DNA of 64,000 nt from an uncultured delta proteobacterium (GTDB lineage: Bacteria; Desulfobacterota; Binatia; UBA9968): assembly GCA_963745035.1 (NCBI GenBank), contig CAVUVW010000024.1, positions 8,450 to 72,449 of the forward strand, given 5' to 3'. Both the position numbers and the translations under genes were made by a program. The notes beneath the pieces were generated by a model. It was not told where the DNA came from. It made no database searches and saw nothing but the letters and a program-made list of their open reading frames with translations. Of the stretch, positions 30,399 to 42,631 are shown in pieces (the first letter of the stretch is position 1; each line of letters starts with the position of its first letter).

Positions 30399-31464
30399 AT
30401 GAAAGCGCCAAGCCTGCCTAGACGGATCAGCTATCTCGCGTTTCTCACCCTATTCCTCCTGACCCTTGGACCCGATCGCGTCCGCGCATGCGCAAGGCGA
30501 GGTATTTTATAACGGCAAGACGGTGCGCATCATCGTCGGCTTCACGCCGGGCGGCTTTTACGATCGCTGGGCAAGATTGTTGTCGCGCTACATGCCGAAA
30601 TATATTCCGGGCAATCCCAACTTCCTCGTGCAAAACATGCCCGGCGCCAGCTCGGTGATCGCGGCGAACTATGTTTACAACCTCGCCAAGAGCGACGGCT
30701 TGACGTTGCTCGTGCCGATCAACAGTTTGTACCTCGACCAGGTCGTCGGCCGCAAAGAAGTGAAGTTCGATGTGCGGAAGTTCGACTTCATCGGCACCCA
30801 GGAAAAAGCCCCAACGATGCTTTACTTTCGCGCCGACAGCCCGTTCAAGACTCTCGCCGACATCATTCAGGCCAAGGAAGCGCCGAAATGCGGCTCCACG
30901 GGAACGGCCAGCACCGGATATCTTGTCGCCCGATTACTCGACGAAGCTTTCAAAGCAAAACTCAACACCGTGACCGGCTATCAAGGCGGCAGCGAGATTG
31001 ATGTCGCGGTGGAGCGCGGCGAGATCGTTTGTCGGGGCATGGATATTCCACCGCACTTTGGCCGCGAGCCGTTCGATTCTTGGCACAAGCGCGGTTTTGA
31101 CCGGCACATTCTTCAAGGCGGACCCAAGCGCGATCCGCGCATGCCGGAAACCCCGACCCTGTTCGAGTTGATGGATCAATACAACTCACCCGAAGTGATG
31201 CGGCGCGTTACCCGCATCGTTCTCGCCAGCGGCGAGTTCGGCCGGCCGATGGTGGCCGGTCCGGGAACACCGCCGGAGCGGTTGAAACTCTTGCGCGAAT
31301 CCTACGCGAAGGCGATGCGCGACCCGGGCTTGATCGAGGAAGCCAAAAAGGGCCAGATGGATATGGAATACACGTCCGGCGAAGATCTCCAATCGATGAT
31401 GAAAGATCTCATGAACCAGCCCCGCGATGTCATGGATCGGGTGAAAAAAATTCTCACTGAGTAG
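30399..31464 (+). CDS. tctC: TctC paralog 1 (frameshift in leader)
   Basis: FYNGKT..GFTPGGFYDRWAR..IPGNP..QNMPGA. Confidence 0.9.
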
Positions 31465-31490
31465 CGGATCGGTAGAAGGTGAAGACGTTT

Positions 31491-31543
31491 CACCACGGAG
31501 GCGCGAAGGACACGACGATTTCGTAGGGTGCGCTACGCGCACC
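31491..31543. repeat. CACCACGGAG 9-mer-type arm plus GTAG-family REP
   Basis: CACCACGGAGGCGCGAAGGACACGA followed by CGTAGGGTGCGCTACGCGCACC. Confidence 0.55.
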
Positions 31544-31623
31544 GAGGAATGGGAAGCTTGGCGTGGAGCGCGGCACACGTTTTCTGAAGGCTGCTGCCGA
31601 CACGCACGCGAAAGGAAGCTCAG

Positions 31624-32674
31624 ATGCTACGAGCAAGACACGAAAGTTATTTTGGTCGCCTGCATTGTCGCCTGGAGTTTGAACGGCGCCGCCAACCTTA
31701 GCGCCCAAAGCGAACCGTTTTACAAGGGCAAGACTGTTCGCGTGATCGTTGGCCTGTCACCGGGTGGCTTCTACGATCGCTGGGCGCGCTTACTCGCGCG
31801 CTTCATGCCACTTTACATGCCGGGAAATCCGAACTTCATCGTTCAAAACATGGCCGGCGCGGGTTCGATGATCGCGATGAACCATGTTTTCGGCGTCGCC
31901 AAACCCGACGGACTCACCGTCGTCATGCCCAACTACGGCGTCTATCTCGATCAAATCGCCGGGCGCAAAGAAGTCCGCTTCGATATCACCAAGGGCTACT
32001 TCATCGGCTCGCCGGAGAAAAGCGACGTCATTCTCTACGCGCGCGCCGATGCGCCGTTCAAATCCGTCCAGGACATGAGAAAACTGCCCGAGCCGCCCAA
32101 GTGCGGCGCCACCGGCACGGCCGGCGCCGATTACCTGATCGCGCGCGTGCTCGAGGATACACTCGGCATCAAGATCAACACGGTCCTGGGATACGCCGGC
32201 GGCAGTGAAATCGACATCGCCGTGGAAAAGGGCGAAGTTCAGTGCCGCGGCATGACCATCGCTCCTCACTTCGGCCGCGAGCCCTTCGATAGCTGGCACA
32301 AAAAAGGGTTCGATCAACATATCCTGCAAACCTCCGAGAAGCGCGATGCGCGCACGGGCGACGTGCCGACCATTTACGAAATCTTCGATAAAGAAAATAC
32401 CGCCGATGAGAGCCGGCGCGTAGCCGATGTGATTTTGCGCGGCGGCGATTTCGGCCGACCGATGATCGTCGCGCCGGGCACGCCCATGGACCGGGTGAAT
32501 ATACTTCGCGACGCGTACGTCAAATCTATGAATAATCCCGAGCTTCTGGCCGAAGCCAAGAAATGCCGCATGGACGTCGAGCCGGTCACCGGCGAGCAAC
32601 TACAGGCATTGGCCAAGAGAGTCATGAATCAGCCTCCCGCCGTCCTCAAACGCGTCAAAAAAATCCTTGAATAA
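31624..32674 (+). CDS. tctC: TctC paralog 2 (frameshift in leader)
   Basis: GLSPGGFYDRWAR, PPKCG, GEVQCRG. Confidence 0.9.
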
Positions 32675-32734
32675 AGCTCCGCAATCTTCGGCGCCGTGAT
32701 CCATACAGCGGCGCGAAATACAAAGGGAGAACAC

Positions 32735-33771
32735 ATGAGAGTTGCGATCTTAGCGCTAAGTCTAATCTTTGCCTGGGCTTCGCAGCTTCACGCCCAAGCC
32801 GCGCCATTTTATCAAGACAAGCAGATCCGCGTAGTCGTCGGCTTTACCACCGGCGGTTTTTACGATCGCTGGGCGCGCCTGCTGGCGCGCTACATGCCGA
32901 AATACATTCCGGGTAATCCCACTTTCATCGTGCAGAATATGCCCGGCGCCGGCTCGGTGGTCGCGGCCAATTACGTTTATAGCGTCGCCAAGCCGGACGG
33001 CTTGACGATCGGGTTTCCCAGCAGCGGACATCTATCTCGATCAGATCGTCGGCCGTCCGGAAGTAAAATTCGATTTGCGCAAGTTTGCCTGGATCGGCTC
33101 GCCGGTGATCCGAGCCGATGCTTTTCTATATGCGCGCCGATGCGCCCTACAAAAGCATCGCCGATATCAAGAACGCCAAAGAGCCGCCCAAATGCGGTTC
33201 CACTGGAACGGTCAGCACCGATTTCATTTTGGCGCGCATGTTGGAAGACACCTTGCCGCCGTTGAAGATCAATACTGTTCTCGGCTATCCCGGCGGATCC
33301 GAGATCGATATCGCCGTGGAAAAAGGCGAAGTCATGTGCCGCGGCATGACCGCGTCGCCCTACTTCGGACGCGAGCCGTTCTTGAGTTGGCAAAAGAAGA
33401 ACTTCGTTCGCGTCCTCCTTTATACCGGCGCGAAACGCGACGAAAGAATTCCCGACGTTCCGACCATCGCGGAGATCTTCGAGAAGGAAAAAGTCCCGGA
33501 GAACAGCCGCCGCGTCGCGCAAGTGATCCTCGCCGCCGAGTCTTTCGGACGGCCGATCATCGGCACGCCGGGCATTCCGGCGGACCGGGTCGCCATGCTG
33601 CGCCAAGCATTCGATCAATCGATGAAAGATCCCGAGCTGCTCGCTGAAACGAAGAAGCAGCGCATGGACGTCGATCCGACGAGCGGCGCGAGCCTGGAGA
33701 AACTCGCTCAGCAGATCTTGCAGCAGCCGCCGGAGGTTCTCGCGCGGGTCAAGAAAATTCTCAGCAATTAG
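32735..33771 (+). CDS. tctC: TctC paralog 3 (internal frameshifts)
   Basis: GFTTGGFYDRWAR; reconstructed from three frames. Confidence 0.85.
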
Positions 33772-33837
33772 TTGAAAGTACTCTTTTAAGTGGTAAAGTT
33801 CGTGCGAAAAATTCATTTTCAGGAGGTTAGAAACTCA

Positions 33838-34875
33838 ATGCACCGTTTGCTCGCAGCTTTGTTATTGCTGAGTTTTGATCACGGCGAGTCGGGCGAATGC
33901 CCAGACCCCGTTCTATCAGGGAAAGACGATTACGATCATCGTCGGCACCAAGGCCGGCGACGCCTATGACTTGTATCCGCGCATGCTCGCCGAGTTCATG
34001 CCGAAATACATACCCGGAAACCCGAACTTCATCATCCAGAATGTCCCCGGCGCCGCGTCAATGATCGCGGCCAATCAGGTCTACAATGTCGCCAAACCGG
34101 ATGGCTTGACCATCGGCGCCATTTACCCGGCGCTTTACTTCGAGCAGCTCACGAAAAAGCCCGAGGTGAAATTCGATTGGACCAAAGTTCGGCTGGGTCG
34201 GCAATCCGGTCACGTCGAACCATCTTTTGTACATGCGCTCGGATGCTCCTTATAAGTCGATGGACGACATCAAGAACGCCTCGGCGGCGCCCAAGTGCGG
34301 CTCCAACGGCATTACTTCGACCGGTTACTATCTGCCGAAGCTGATGGAAGAAACTCTCGGCACGAAGTTCGATATCGTTTTGGGCTATCAATCCGGCCAG
34401 GACGTGGATCTCGCCGTGGAGCGCGGCGAGGTGGTATGCCGCGCTTTTACCATCACCGCCTATTTTGCGCGCGAGCCGTTTATTTCGTGGCGCAAGCGCG
34501 GCTTCGTCAACACGCTGATGCAGAGCGGCGCCAAGCGCGACCCGCGGCTGAAAGACGCGCCGACGATCTACGAGCTGATGGACCGCTACAAAACCAACGC
34601 CGCCGGCAGAAGCCTTGGCGAAAGTGGTTTTGTCCGCCGGCGAATTCGGCCGTCCTTTGGTCACCCCTCCCGGCGTGCCCGCGGACCGCTTGAAAATTCT
34701 GCGCGACGCGTTCGACAAGTCGGTGAGCGATCCGGCGCTGTTGGCGGCTGCCGAAAAACGCCGCCTGGAAATGGATCCGGCGAGCGGCGCGGAGATTGAA
34801 GCATTGGCGAAGGAAGTCATGGCGGCGACCCCGGACGTCGTGCAGCGCATGGAAAAATTGTTGGGCGGAAAGTAA
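33838..34875 (+). CDS. tctC: TctC paralog 4 (internal frameshifts)
   Basis: GTKAGDAYDLYPR; reconstructed from several frames. Confidence 0.85.
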
Positions 34876-34967
34876 ACAGCTAGCGCCGGCTATCCCTCGA
34901 GGTTGTTGCATGACGGCAGCCTTGAGGGATATGCTCCGGTCAAATTTCGGCGGGAAGGAGAAACTTT

Positions 34968-35994
34968 ATGATTCTGATTCTCGTCCTCGTGCTAACACTC
35001 GGGTGGAGCTCGGCTCTACTCGCGCAGACGCCCTTCTATCAGGGCAAGACCATCAATATCATCGTCGGCACCAAAGCCGGCGACGTCTACGATCTCTATC
35101 CGCGCCTGCTAGCGGAATACATGCCCAAACATATACCGGGCAATCCCAACATCATCGTGCAAAACGTCCCCGGCGCCGCTTCATTGATCGCCGCCAATCA
35201 AGTCTATAACGTCGCCAAACCGGACGGCTTGACCATCGGAGCCATTTATCCGGCGCTTTATTTCGATCAGTTGATCAAAAAACCGGAAGCAAAATACGAC
35301 TGGGGAAAATTTCAGTGGATCGGCAGCCCGGTCAAATCGAATCATCTCCTTTATATGCGCGCCGACACGCCGTACAAGAGCGTTGACGACATCCGCAAGG
35401 CGACTACGGCGCCCAAGTGCGGCGCCACCGGTGTCGCCTCTACCGGATATTACATGCCCAAGCTCATGGAGGAAGTGCTCGGCACCAAGTTCGATATCGT
35501 GTCCGGTTACGTGTCCGGCCAGGACATCGATCTCGCCGTCGAGCGCGGCGAGTTGCAGTGCCGGGCCTTCACCATCACCGCGTATCACGCCCGCGAGCCT
35601 TTCATTTCCTGGCGCAAGAAGAATTTTGTCAACGTTCTCATCCAAACCGGCACCAAACGCGATCCGCGTCTCAAGGAATCTCCGACGATCTACGAGTCGA
35701 TGGACCGCTACAAAGTCGGCGAAGCCGGACGCAGTCTCGCCAAAGTCATCCTGGCTTCGGGCGACTTCGGCCGCCCGCTCGTTTTCGCTCCGGGAGTTCC
35801 AGCCGACCGCGTGAAGATTTTGCGCGACGCGTTCGACAAGAACGGTTACTGAGGCAGCCTTCTTGGCGGAGGCGGAAAAGCGCCGGCTCGAGATCGATCC
35901 AACCCAGTGGGATGAAATGCAATCGCTCGCGAAAGACGTAATGGCGACCCCGCCGGACATCGTCGCGCGCATGCGAAAGCTGCTAGGCGAATAA
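34968..35994 (+). CDS. tctC: TctC paralog 5 (frameshift near C-terminus)
   Basis: GTKAGDVYDLYPR; ordinary signal peptide. Confidence 0.88.
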
Positions 35995-36084
35995 TTCGCT
36001 CTGCGCTTAGCGCAGTCAAAATTTTGAACCCGAGCTTAGAGACAAACGTCGTCGGCTCGGAAAAGTCGGAAACCATCGCCGTTT

Positions 36085-37113
36085 ATGGCTCAACGCATCT
36101 TGGTCTTACTCCTCGCCCTGTTCTGGCCGCTTGACCTTCACGCCCAAGCGCCGTTTTACCAAGGCAAGACCATCCGGCTGGTCGCCGGGACGCCGGCCGG
36201 CAGCGTGTACGATCTCTACGCGCGCATGGTCGCTCAGTTCATGCCTAAACATATTCCCGGCGCGCCCAACATCATCGTGCAGAACATGCCGGGCGTGGCC
36301 TCGATGGTTGCGGCCAACTACATCTACGAGGTCGCCAAGCCCGACGGGCTGACCATCGGCTCGATCCAGCCGGCCCTTTATTTCGATCAGCTGGTCGGCC
36401 GCAAGGAAGCCAAGTTCGACTGGCAGAAATTTACCTGGATCGGCAACACGACCGTGTCGCACCACCTCCTCTACATGCGCAGCGATACGCCGTACAAGAC
36501 CATCGAAGACATCCGCAAAGCTTCGGTGCCGCCCAAGTGTGGCGCCGAGGGAACTGCATCATCTGCATACTATTTGCCGAAGCTGCTGGAAGAAACCATC
36601 GGCGCGAAGTTCAACGTCGTCACCGGCTACAACTCCGGCACGGATGTCGACCTGGCCGTCGAACGCGGCGAGGTGCAATGCCGTGCGTTTACGATTGCCG
36701 CCTTCTTCGCGCGCGAACCGTTTCACACCTGGCGCAAAAAAGGATTCGTTCACGTCGTCGTTCAGACCGGCAAAAAGCGCGATGCCAGCCTGCCCGACGT
36801 TCCCACCCTTCCCGAGCTCATGGAGAAGCACAAGACTGCCGACTCCGGCAAGCGCCTGGCGACGGTGGTTCTAGCTGCCAACGAGATTGGACGTCCTATC
36901 GTCGCCACGCCGGGAATTCCGGCGGATCGGGTAAAGATTCTTCGCGAGGCGTTTATGAAGGCGGTAAAGGATCCGGAACTCCTGGATGACGCCAAAAAGA
37001 AGAAGCTGGAATTGGATCCGGTGTCCGGCGAAGAGCTCGAAGCGCTGAGCAAAGAGATCATTGCCCAGCCGCCGGATGTAGTGGAGCGCATGAAAAAACT
37101 ATTAGGCACATAG
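36085..37113 (+). CDS. tctC: TctC paralog 6 (intact)
   Basis: GTPAGSVYDLYAR; 342-aa ORF with ordinary signal peptide. Confidence 0.92.
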   Translation: MAQRILVLLLALFWPLDLHAQAPFYQGKTIRLVAGTPAGSVYDLYARMVAQFMPKHIPGAPNIIVQNMPGVASMVAANYIYEVAKPDGLTIGSIQPALYFDQLVGRKEAKFDWQKFTWIGNTTVSHHLLYMRSDTPYKTIEDIRKASVPPKCGAEGTASSAYYLPKLLEETIGAKFNVVTGYNSGTDVDLAVERGEVQCRAFTIAAFFAREPFHTWRKKGFVHVVVQTGKKRDASLPDVPTLPELMEKHKTADSGKRLATVVLAANEIGRPIVATPGIPADRVKILREAFMKAVKDPELLDDAKKKKLELDPVSGEELEALSKEIIAQPPDVVERMKKLLGT

Positions 37114-37146
37114 ACTCGATTCGAACACCATGCAAAGGGAGAACGT

Positions 37147-38185
37147 ATGAAGCAAAGCGTAATGTGGTTTCTGGTTTTGTTTGCCGGATGGGCTTCGAGC
37201 GCGGCGGCGCAGACGCCTTTTTACCAAGGCAAGACAATCACGATCATAGCGGCGCCAAGCCGGGCGACGTCTACGATCTCTACCCTCGTCTGGTCGCGGA
37301 GTTCATGCCGAAGCACATTCCCGGCAATCCAAACATCATCATTCAGAACGTCGCCGGCGCGGCAGGTTTGATCGGTACCAATCAGCTTTACAATATAGCC
37401 AAACCTGACGGGCTAACCTTCGGCGCGATTTACCCGCCGCTCTACTTCGAGCAGCTCGCCAAACGGCCCGAAGTAAAATTCGACTGGACCAAGTTCATCT
37501 GGATCGGTAGCACGGTAAGCTCCAACAGTCACATGTATATGCGCGCCGATACGCCGTATAAAACCATCGAAGACGTCCGCAGCGCATCGACTCCGCCGAA
37601 ATGCGGCGCAACGGGCGTAACATCATCCGCTTATTACATGCCAAAACTCTTGGAAGAGGCCATCGGCACCAAGTTCGAGGTTGTGCTCAGGTTATGTCGC
37701 CGGCTCGGATATCGATCTCGCCGTCGAGCGCGGCGAAGTTCAGTGCCGGGCGTTTACGATGAATGCATATCTTCGCGCGCGAGCCGTTCATCACTTGGCG
37801 CAAGAAAAATTTCGTGCGCGTGCTCTATCAGACCGGAAATAAGCGCGGATCCGCGCGCTCAAGGACGTGCCGCTGTTCAACGAACTTGATGGACAAGTAC
37901 AAGACGCCGGAAAACGTCCGTCGATTAACCAAAGTCGTGGTAGCAGCGGACGAGTTCGGCCGCCCGCTGGTATTCCCTCCCGGAGCGTCCCCGCCGATCG
38001 GGTCAAAATTATCCGTGACGCGTTCAACAAGACGATCAACGATCCCGCTCTGCTTGGCGGAAGCGGAAAAACGCCGGCTCGATATCGATCCGGCTACGGG
38101 CGAGGAACTCGATGCCTTAGCGAAGGAAGTCATGACCGCGCCTCCGGATGTCGTCGAGCGCGTGAAGAAACTGATCGGCATGTAA
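37147..38185 (+). CDS. tctC: TctC paralog 7 (multiple frameshifts)
   Basis: GAKPGDVYDLYPR; ordinary signal peptide. Confidence 0.82.
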
Positions 38186-38196
38186 CGTACTGAGGA

Positions 38197-39282
38197 ATGA
38201 CGATGGGCGTTCAAAAGTTCAAAGGTTCAAGCGTTCAAGGTTTTCGGACTCGTCTCCGTTCTGACCTTTGAACTTTTGAACCCCTTGAACCTTGAACGGG
38301 CGTCTGCCCAGACGCCCTACTACCAAGGCAAGCAAATCCGCCTCATCATCGGCTCGACTCCACGGCGGCGGCTACGATCTCTGGCCGCGGGCCGCGGCCC
38401 GTTATCTGACGAAGCACATTCCCGGCAATCCCGACATCGTGCGCGCAGAACATGCCCGGGGCCGGCGGCCATCGTCGCGGCGAATTATCTTTACGGTATC
38501 GCCAAGCCCGACGGCCTGACCATCGGCGCCTTCAATCCCGCGCTGTACTTCGACCAGCTCATCAAGCGGCGACGAAGTCAAATTCGACTGGCGCCAAAAT
38601 CGCCTGGATCGGCTCGCCCGAGCAGAACGAGATCATCCATTTCATCCGCACCGACGCCCCGTTCAAAGCATCGACGATCTGCGCAACGCCAAGGAGCCGC
38701 CGAAATGCGGCAGCTCGGGGACCGGCACCACCGGGCATTACATGCCGCGCCTGCTGGAAGAAGTCATCGGCATCAAAACTCACATCGTCAGCGGTTATCA
38801 GGGCGGCTCCGAAATCGATCTCGCCATCGAAAGAAACGAGGTCGTCTGCTGGTCGCCGTTGATCGCCACTTATTTCGGCCGAGAGCCTTACAAGCGGTGG
38901 CAGAAACCGGTTTCACCCGGGTGGTGCTGCAAACCGGCAGCAAACGCGACCCGCGATTGAAAGAGGTGCCCACTCTTCCGGAGTTGATGCAGCAATACAA
39001 AACTCCCGACGCGGGTAAACGTCTGGCGACTGGTGATTCTCACCGCCGTGACCATGGGCCGCCCCATCGCCGCGCCGCCGGGAACACCACCGGACCGAGC
39101 TCAAAATCCTGCGCGAAGCGTATGCCAAGGCGTTGGCCGACCCTGAGTTACTCGCCGAAGCCGACAAGCGCAACTGGGACGTCGAGCCCCTGAGCGGCGA
39201 AGAGCTCGAATCCCGCGCCAAGGAAGTGATCCACCAACCGGCCGAGGTGATCGAGAAAATGAAATGGGTGCTTGGAAAATGA
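38197..39282 (+). CDS. tctC: TctC paralog 8 (many frameshifts; palindrome-encoded leader)
   Basis: GGGYDLW, IERNEVVCWSPL; reconstructed. Confidence 0.75.
38209..38297. repeat. 89-bp GTTCAA/TTGAAC palindrome in TctC8 signal sequence
   Basis: GTTCAAAAGTTCAAAGGTTCAAGCGTTCAA-loop-TTGAACTTTTGAACCCCTTGAACCTTGAAC. Confidence 0.9.
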
Positions 39283-39325
39283 CCCTGCCAAGATCTATTT
39301 CGTAGAGCAAAGACGGAGGTGCTCC

Positions 39326-40430
39326 GTGAAGCGATGCCCGCGCCGCGCGCTCCTCTCCCCGTTCAATCGTTCAAAAGTTCAACCGTTCAAAGTTCTCGGA
39401 CTCTTGATTTTCTCCGTCGTTGAACTGTTGAACCCTTTGAACGTTGAACCTTCGTTGGCCCAAGCCAATTTCTACCAAGGCAAGACTCTCACCATCATCG
39501 TCGGCACCAAGGCGGGCGACGTCTACGATCTCTATCCGCGCCTGCTTGCCGAGTTCATGCCCAAGTACATTCCCGGAAATCCGAATATCATCATTCAAAA
39601 CGTGCCCGGCGCGGCGTCGCTGATCGCGGCGAATCAAGTTTACAACGTTGCGAAACCCGACGGGCTCACCTTGGCCGCGATCTACCCTTCTCTTTATTTC
39701 GATCAACTCGTCAAAAAGCCGGAAGCGAAGTTCGATTGGAGCAAATTTGGCTGGATCGGCAGTCCGGTCGGTTCCAATCACATGATGTACATGCGCACCG
39801 ACACGCCGTACAAGACCGTCGAGGACGTGCGCGCCGCCGCTCGCCCGCCGAAATGCGGCACCAGCGGAGTGACATCGACCGGCTATTACATTCCCAAGCT
39901 GCTCGAAGAAGCGATCGGCGCCAAATTCGAGATCGTCACCGGCTACCAGGCGGGTCAGGATGTCGATCTCGCCGTCGAGCGCGGCGAAGTCGTCTGCCGC
40001 TCGTTCACGATCACGGCGTTTCATGCTCGCGAACCGTACTTCACCTGGCGCAAGAACAACTTCGTTCGCGTGCTCTATCAAACCGGCAAGAAGCGCGACT
40101 CGCGCCTTAAAGACGTGCCGACCATGCACGAGCTGATGGACAAGTACAAAACGCCGGAGAACGTGAAGCAGCTTGCCAAAGTCATTCTCATCGCCAGCGA
40201 CCTCGGCCGACCGATCGTCGCGCCGCCGTCGGTGCCGGCGGATCGATCTGAAAATTCTGCGCGACGCCTTCAATAAGACCGTCAGCGATCCGCAATTTTT
40301 ATCCGAAGCGGAGCGGCGCAGGCTCGAGATCGATCCGTCCACGGCCGAAGAAATCGACGCCCTGGCGAAAGAAGCGATGGTCACGCCGCCGGAAGTCGTC
40401 GAGCGCATGAAGAAAGTTCTCGGCATGTAA
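39326..40430 (+). CDS. tctC: TctC paralog 9 (one frameshift; palindrome-encoded leader)
   Basis: GTKAGDVYDLYPR; GGAGG RBS before GTG. Confidence 0.88.
39361..39449. repeat. 89-bp palindrome in TctC9 signal sequence
   Basis: GTTCAATCGTTCAAAAGTTCAACCGTTCAA-loop-TTGAACTGTTGAACCCTTTGAACGTTGAAC. Confidence 0.9.
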
Positions 40431-40450
40431 CAGCAAGCGAGGGATCGCAA

Positions 40451-41535
40451 ATGACGAAACTCGTTCAAAAGTTCAAAGGTTCAAGCGTTCAAGGTTCTCG
40501 GACTCTTGATTTTCTCTGTCGTTGAACTGTTGAACCCTTTGAACGTTGAACAGGCATTCAGCGCAGGCGAACTTCTACCAAGGCAAAACCCTCACGATGG
40601 TCGTCGCTTCGACCACCGGCGGCGGCTACGATCTCTGGGCGCGGCTCACGGCGCGTCATATCGTCAAGTATATCCCGGGAAACCCGTCGATCGTGGTGCA
40701 GAACATGCCCGGCGCCGGCAACATCATCGGCGCCAACTACGTGTACGGCGTCGCCAAACCCGACGGCTTGACCCTCGGCGCCGTCAATCCCGCGCTTTAT
40801 TTCGACCAGCTCGTGGGCAGATCCGAAGTGAAATTCGACTGGGCGAAATTCAACTGGATCGGCTCGCCGGAAAAAAACGACGTCGTTTCCTACATGCGCG
40901 CCGACCAGCCGCTCAAGACCATCGACGATTGGCGCAACGCAAAGGAGCCGCCCAAATGCGGCAGCACGGGCACGGGCAGCACCGGCCACTATATTCCGCG
41001 CCTTCTGGAAGAAACCCTCGGCGTCAAGACTCAGATCGTGAGCGGCTATCCAGGCGCCTCGGATATCGAGCTGGCCATCGAGCGCGGCGAGGTCTTTTGC
41101 TGGTCGCCGCTACTCGCCACGTACTTTGGCAGGGAGCCTTACCGGCGCTGGCACAAGTCCGGCTACGTGCGCGTCCTGATGCAAACCGGCGGCAAGCGCG
41201 ATGGGCGATTGAAGGACACTCCAACACTCAGCGAGCTCATGCAGCAATACAAAAGTTCCGACGCGGGCCGGCGCCTGGCGAAAGTCATTTTGACTGCAGC
41301 GAGCCTTGGCCGGCCCATCGGTACCGCGCCAGCCACACCGCCCGACCGCGTGAAGATTTTGCGCGAAGCTTATGCCAAGGCCATCGCCGATCCGGAATTA
41401 CTCGCCGAAGCAGCCAGGCAAGGCTGGGAAGTCGATCCAACCACCGGGGAGGAACTGCAGGCCTTGTCCAAAGAAGTCATGGCGCAGCCGCGCGAGATCA
41501 TCGAGCGCATGAAGTGGGTGCTCGGACGGGAATGA
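40451..41535 (+). CDS. tctC: TctC paralog 10 (indels in leader; palindrome-encoded leader)
   Basis: ASTTGGGYDLWAR, GEVFCWSPL. Confidence 0.88.
40463..40551. repeat. 89-bp palindrome in TctC10 signal sequence
   Basis: Left arm identical to TctC8, right arm identical to TctC9. Confidence 0.9.
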
Positions 41536-41538
41536 CAA

Positions 41539-42609
41539 ATGCGAGGGCCGTTCAAAAGTTCAACCGTTCAAACGTTCAAGGCTGTCGGAATCGTTTTCAT
41601 TCTGACCCTTGAACTTTTGAACCTTGAACGGGCATTCGCGCAAGCGAATTTTTATCAGGGCAAGACCATTTCCATGATCGTCGGCACCAAGGCCGGCGAC
41701 GCGTATGATCTTTACCCGCGCCTCCTGGCCGAGTTTTTGCCGAAACACATTCCCGGCAATCCCACCATCATCATTCAGAATGTCCCCGGAGCGGCGTCAC
41801 TGGTCGCTGCAAATCAGGTCTACAACATTGCCAAGCCGGACGGCTTGACCCTTGGCGCGATCTACCCTGCGCTTTACTTGGACCAGCTCGTGAAAAGACC
41901 GGAGGTCAAATACGACTGGAACAAGTTCGGCTTGATCGGGAGTCCGGTGAGCTCCAATCACATGATGTACATGCGCGCCGACGCTCCCTACAAAACACTC
42001 GATGACGTGCGCTCCGCCGGCCAGCCGCCAAAATGCGGCGCCAGTGGCATCGCGTCTACAGGATATTACATTCCCAAGCTTCTCGAAGAAGCGATCGGCG
42101 CCAAGTTCGACATCGTCGCCGGCTATCAAGGCGGACAGGATATCGAGCTCGCGGTGGAGCGCGGCGAATTGGTCTGTCGATCGTTCACCATTACCACCTT
42201 TCATTCCCGGGAGCCCTTTTTTACCTGGCGCAAGAAAAGCTTCGTGCGCGTGCTCTACCAAACCGGCAACAAGCGCGATGGGCGCCTCAAAGACGTGCCG
42301 ACGATCTATGAGATTATGGAGCGCTACAAGACGCCGGAGCCGGTGAAAAACCTCGCGAAGGTGGTTCTCATCGCGAGTGACTTGGGACGGCCGATCGTTG
42401 CGCCGCCGGGAGTGGCTCCCGAGCGTTTGAAGATATTGCGCGATGCCTTCGACAAAACCGTGAGCGACCCGGCTTTCTTGGTCGAGGCCGAGCGGCGCAA
42501 GCTCGAGATATCTCCATCGCAATGGGACGAAATACAAACCTTGGTCAAAGAAGCGCTGGCTACCCCGCCGGAAGTCGTCGAGAGAATGAAAAAGATTTTA
42601 GGAATGTAA
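41539..42609 (+). CDS. tctC: TctC paralog 11 (intact; palindrome-encoded leader)
   Basis: MRGPFKSSTVQTFKAVGIVFILTLELLNLERAFA-QANFYQGK..GTKAGDAYDLYPR. Confidence 0.92.
   Translation: MRGPFKSSTVQTFKAVGIVFILTLELLNLERAFAQANFYQGKTISMIVGTKAGDAYDLYPRLLAEFLPKHIPGNPTIIIQNVPGAASLVAANQVYNIAKPDGLTLGAIYPALYLDQLVKRPEVKYDWNKFGLIGSPVSSNHMMYMRADAPYKTLDDVRSAGQPPKCGASGIASTGYYIPKLLEEAIGAKFDIVAGYQGGQDIELAVERGELVCRSFTITTFHSREPFFTWRKKSFVRVLYQTGNKRDGRLKDVPTIYEIMERYKTPEPVKNLAKVVLIASDLGRPIVAPPGVAPERLKILRDAFDKTVSDPAFLVEAERRKLEISPSQWDEIQTLVKEALATPPEVVERMKKILGM
41550..41629. repeat. 80-bp palindrome in TctC11 leader (one 9-bp right-arm unit lost in frame)
   Basis: Right arm TTGAACTTTTGAACCTTGAAC has three units. Confidence 0.9.
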
Positions 42610-42631
42610 ATGGCCGGTGGAGAGGATCAAA

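Noticed and set aside
38197-40560. Phase variation by slippage of the 8-bp units in TctC8/TctC10 leaders
   Set aside because: The frame breaks are 1-nt indels outside the repeat arms, and the arms keep constant length; this matches the window-wide indel noise.
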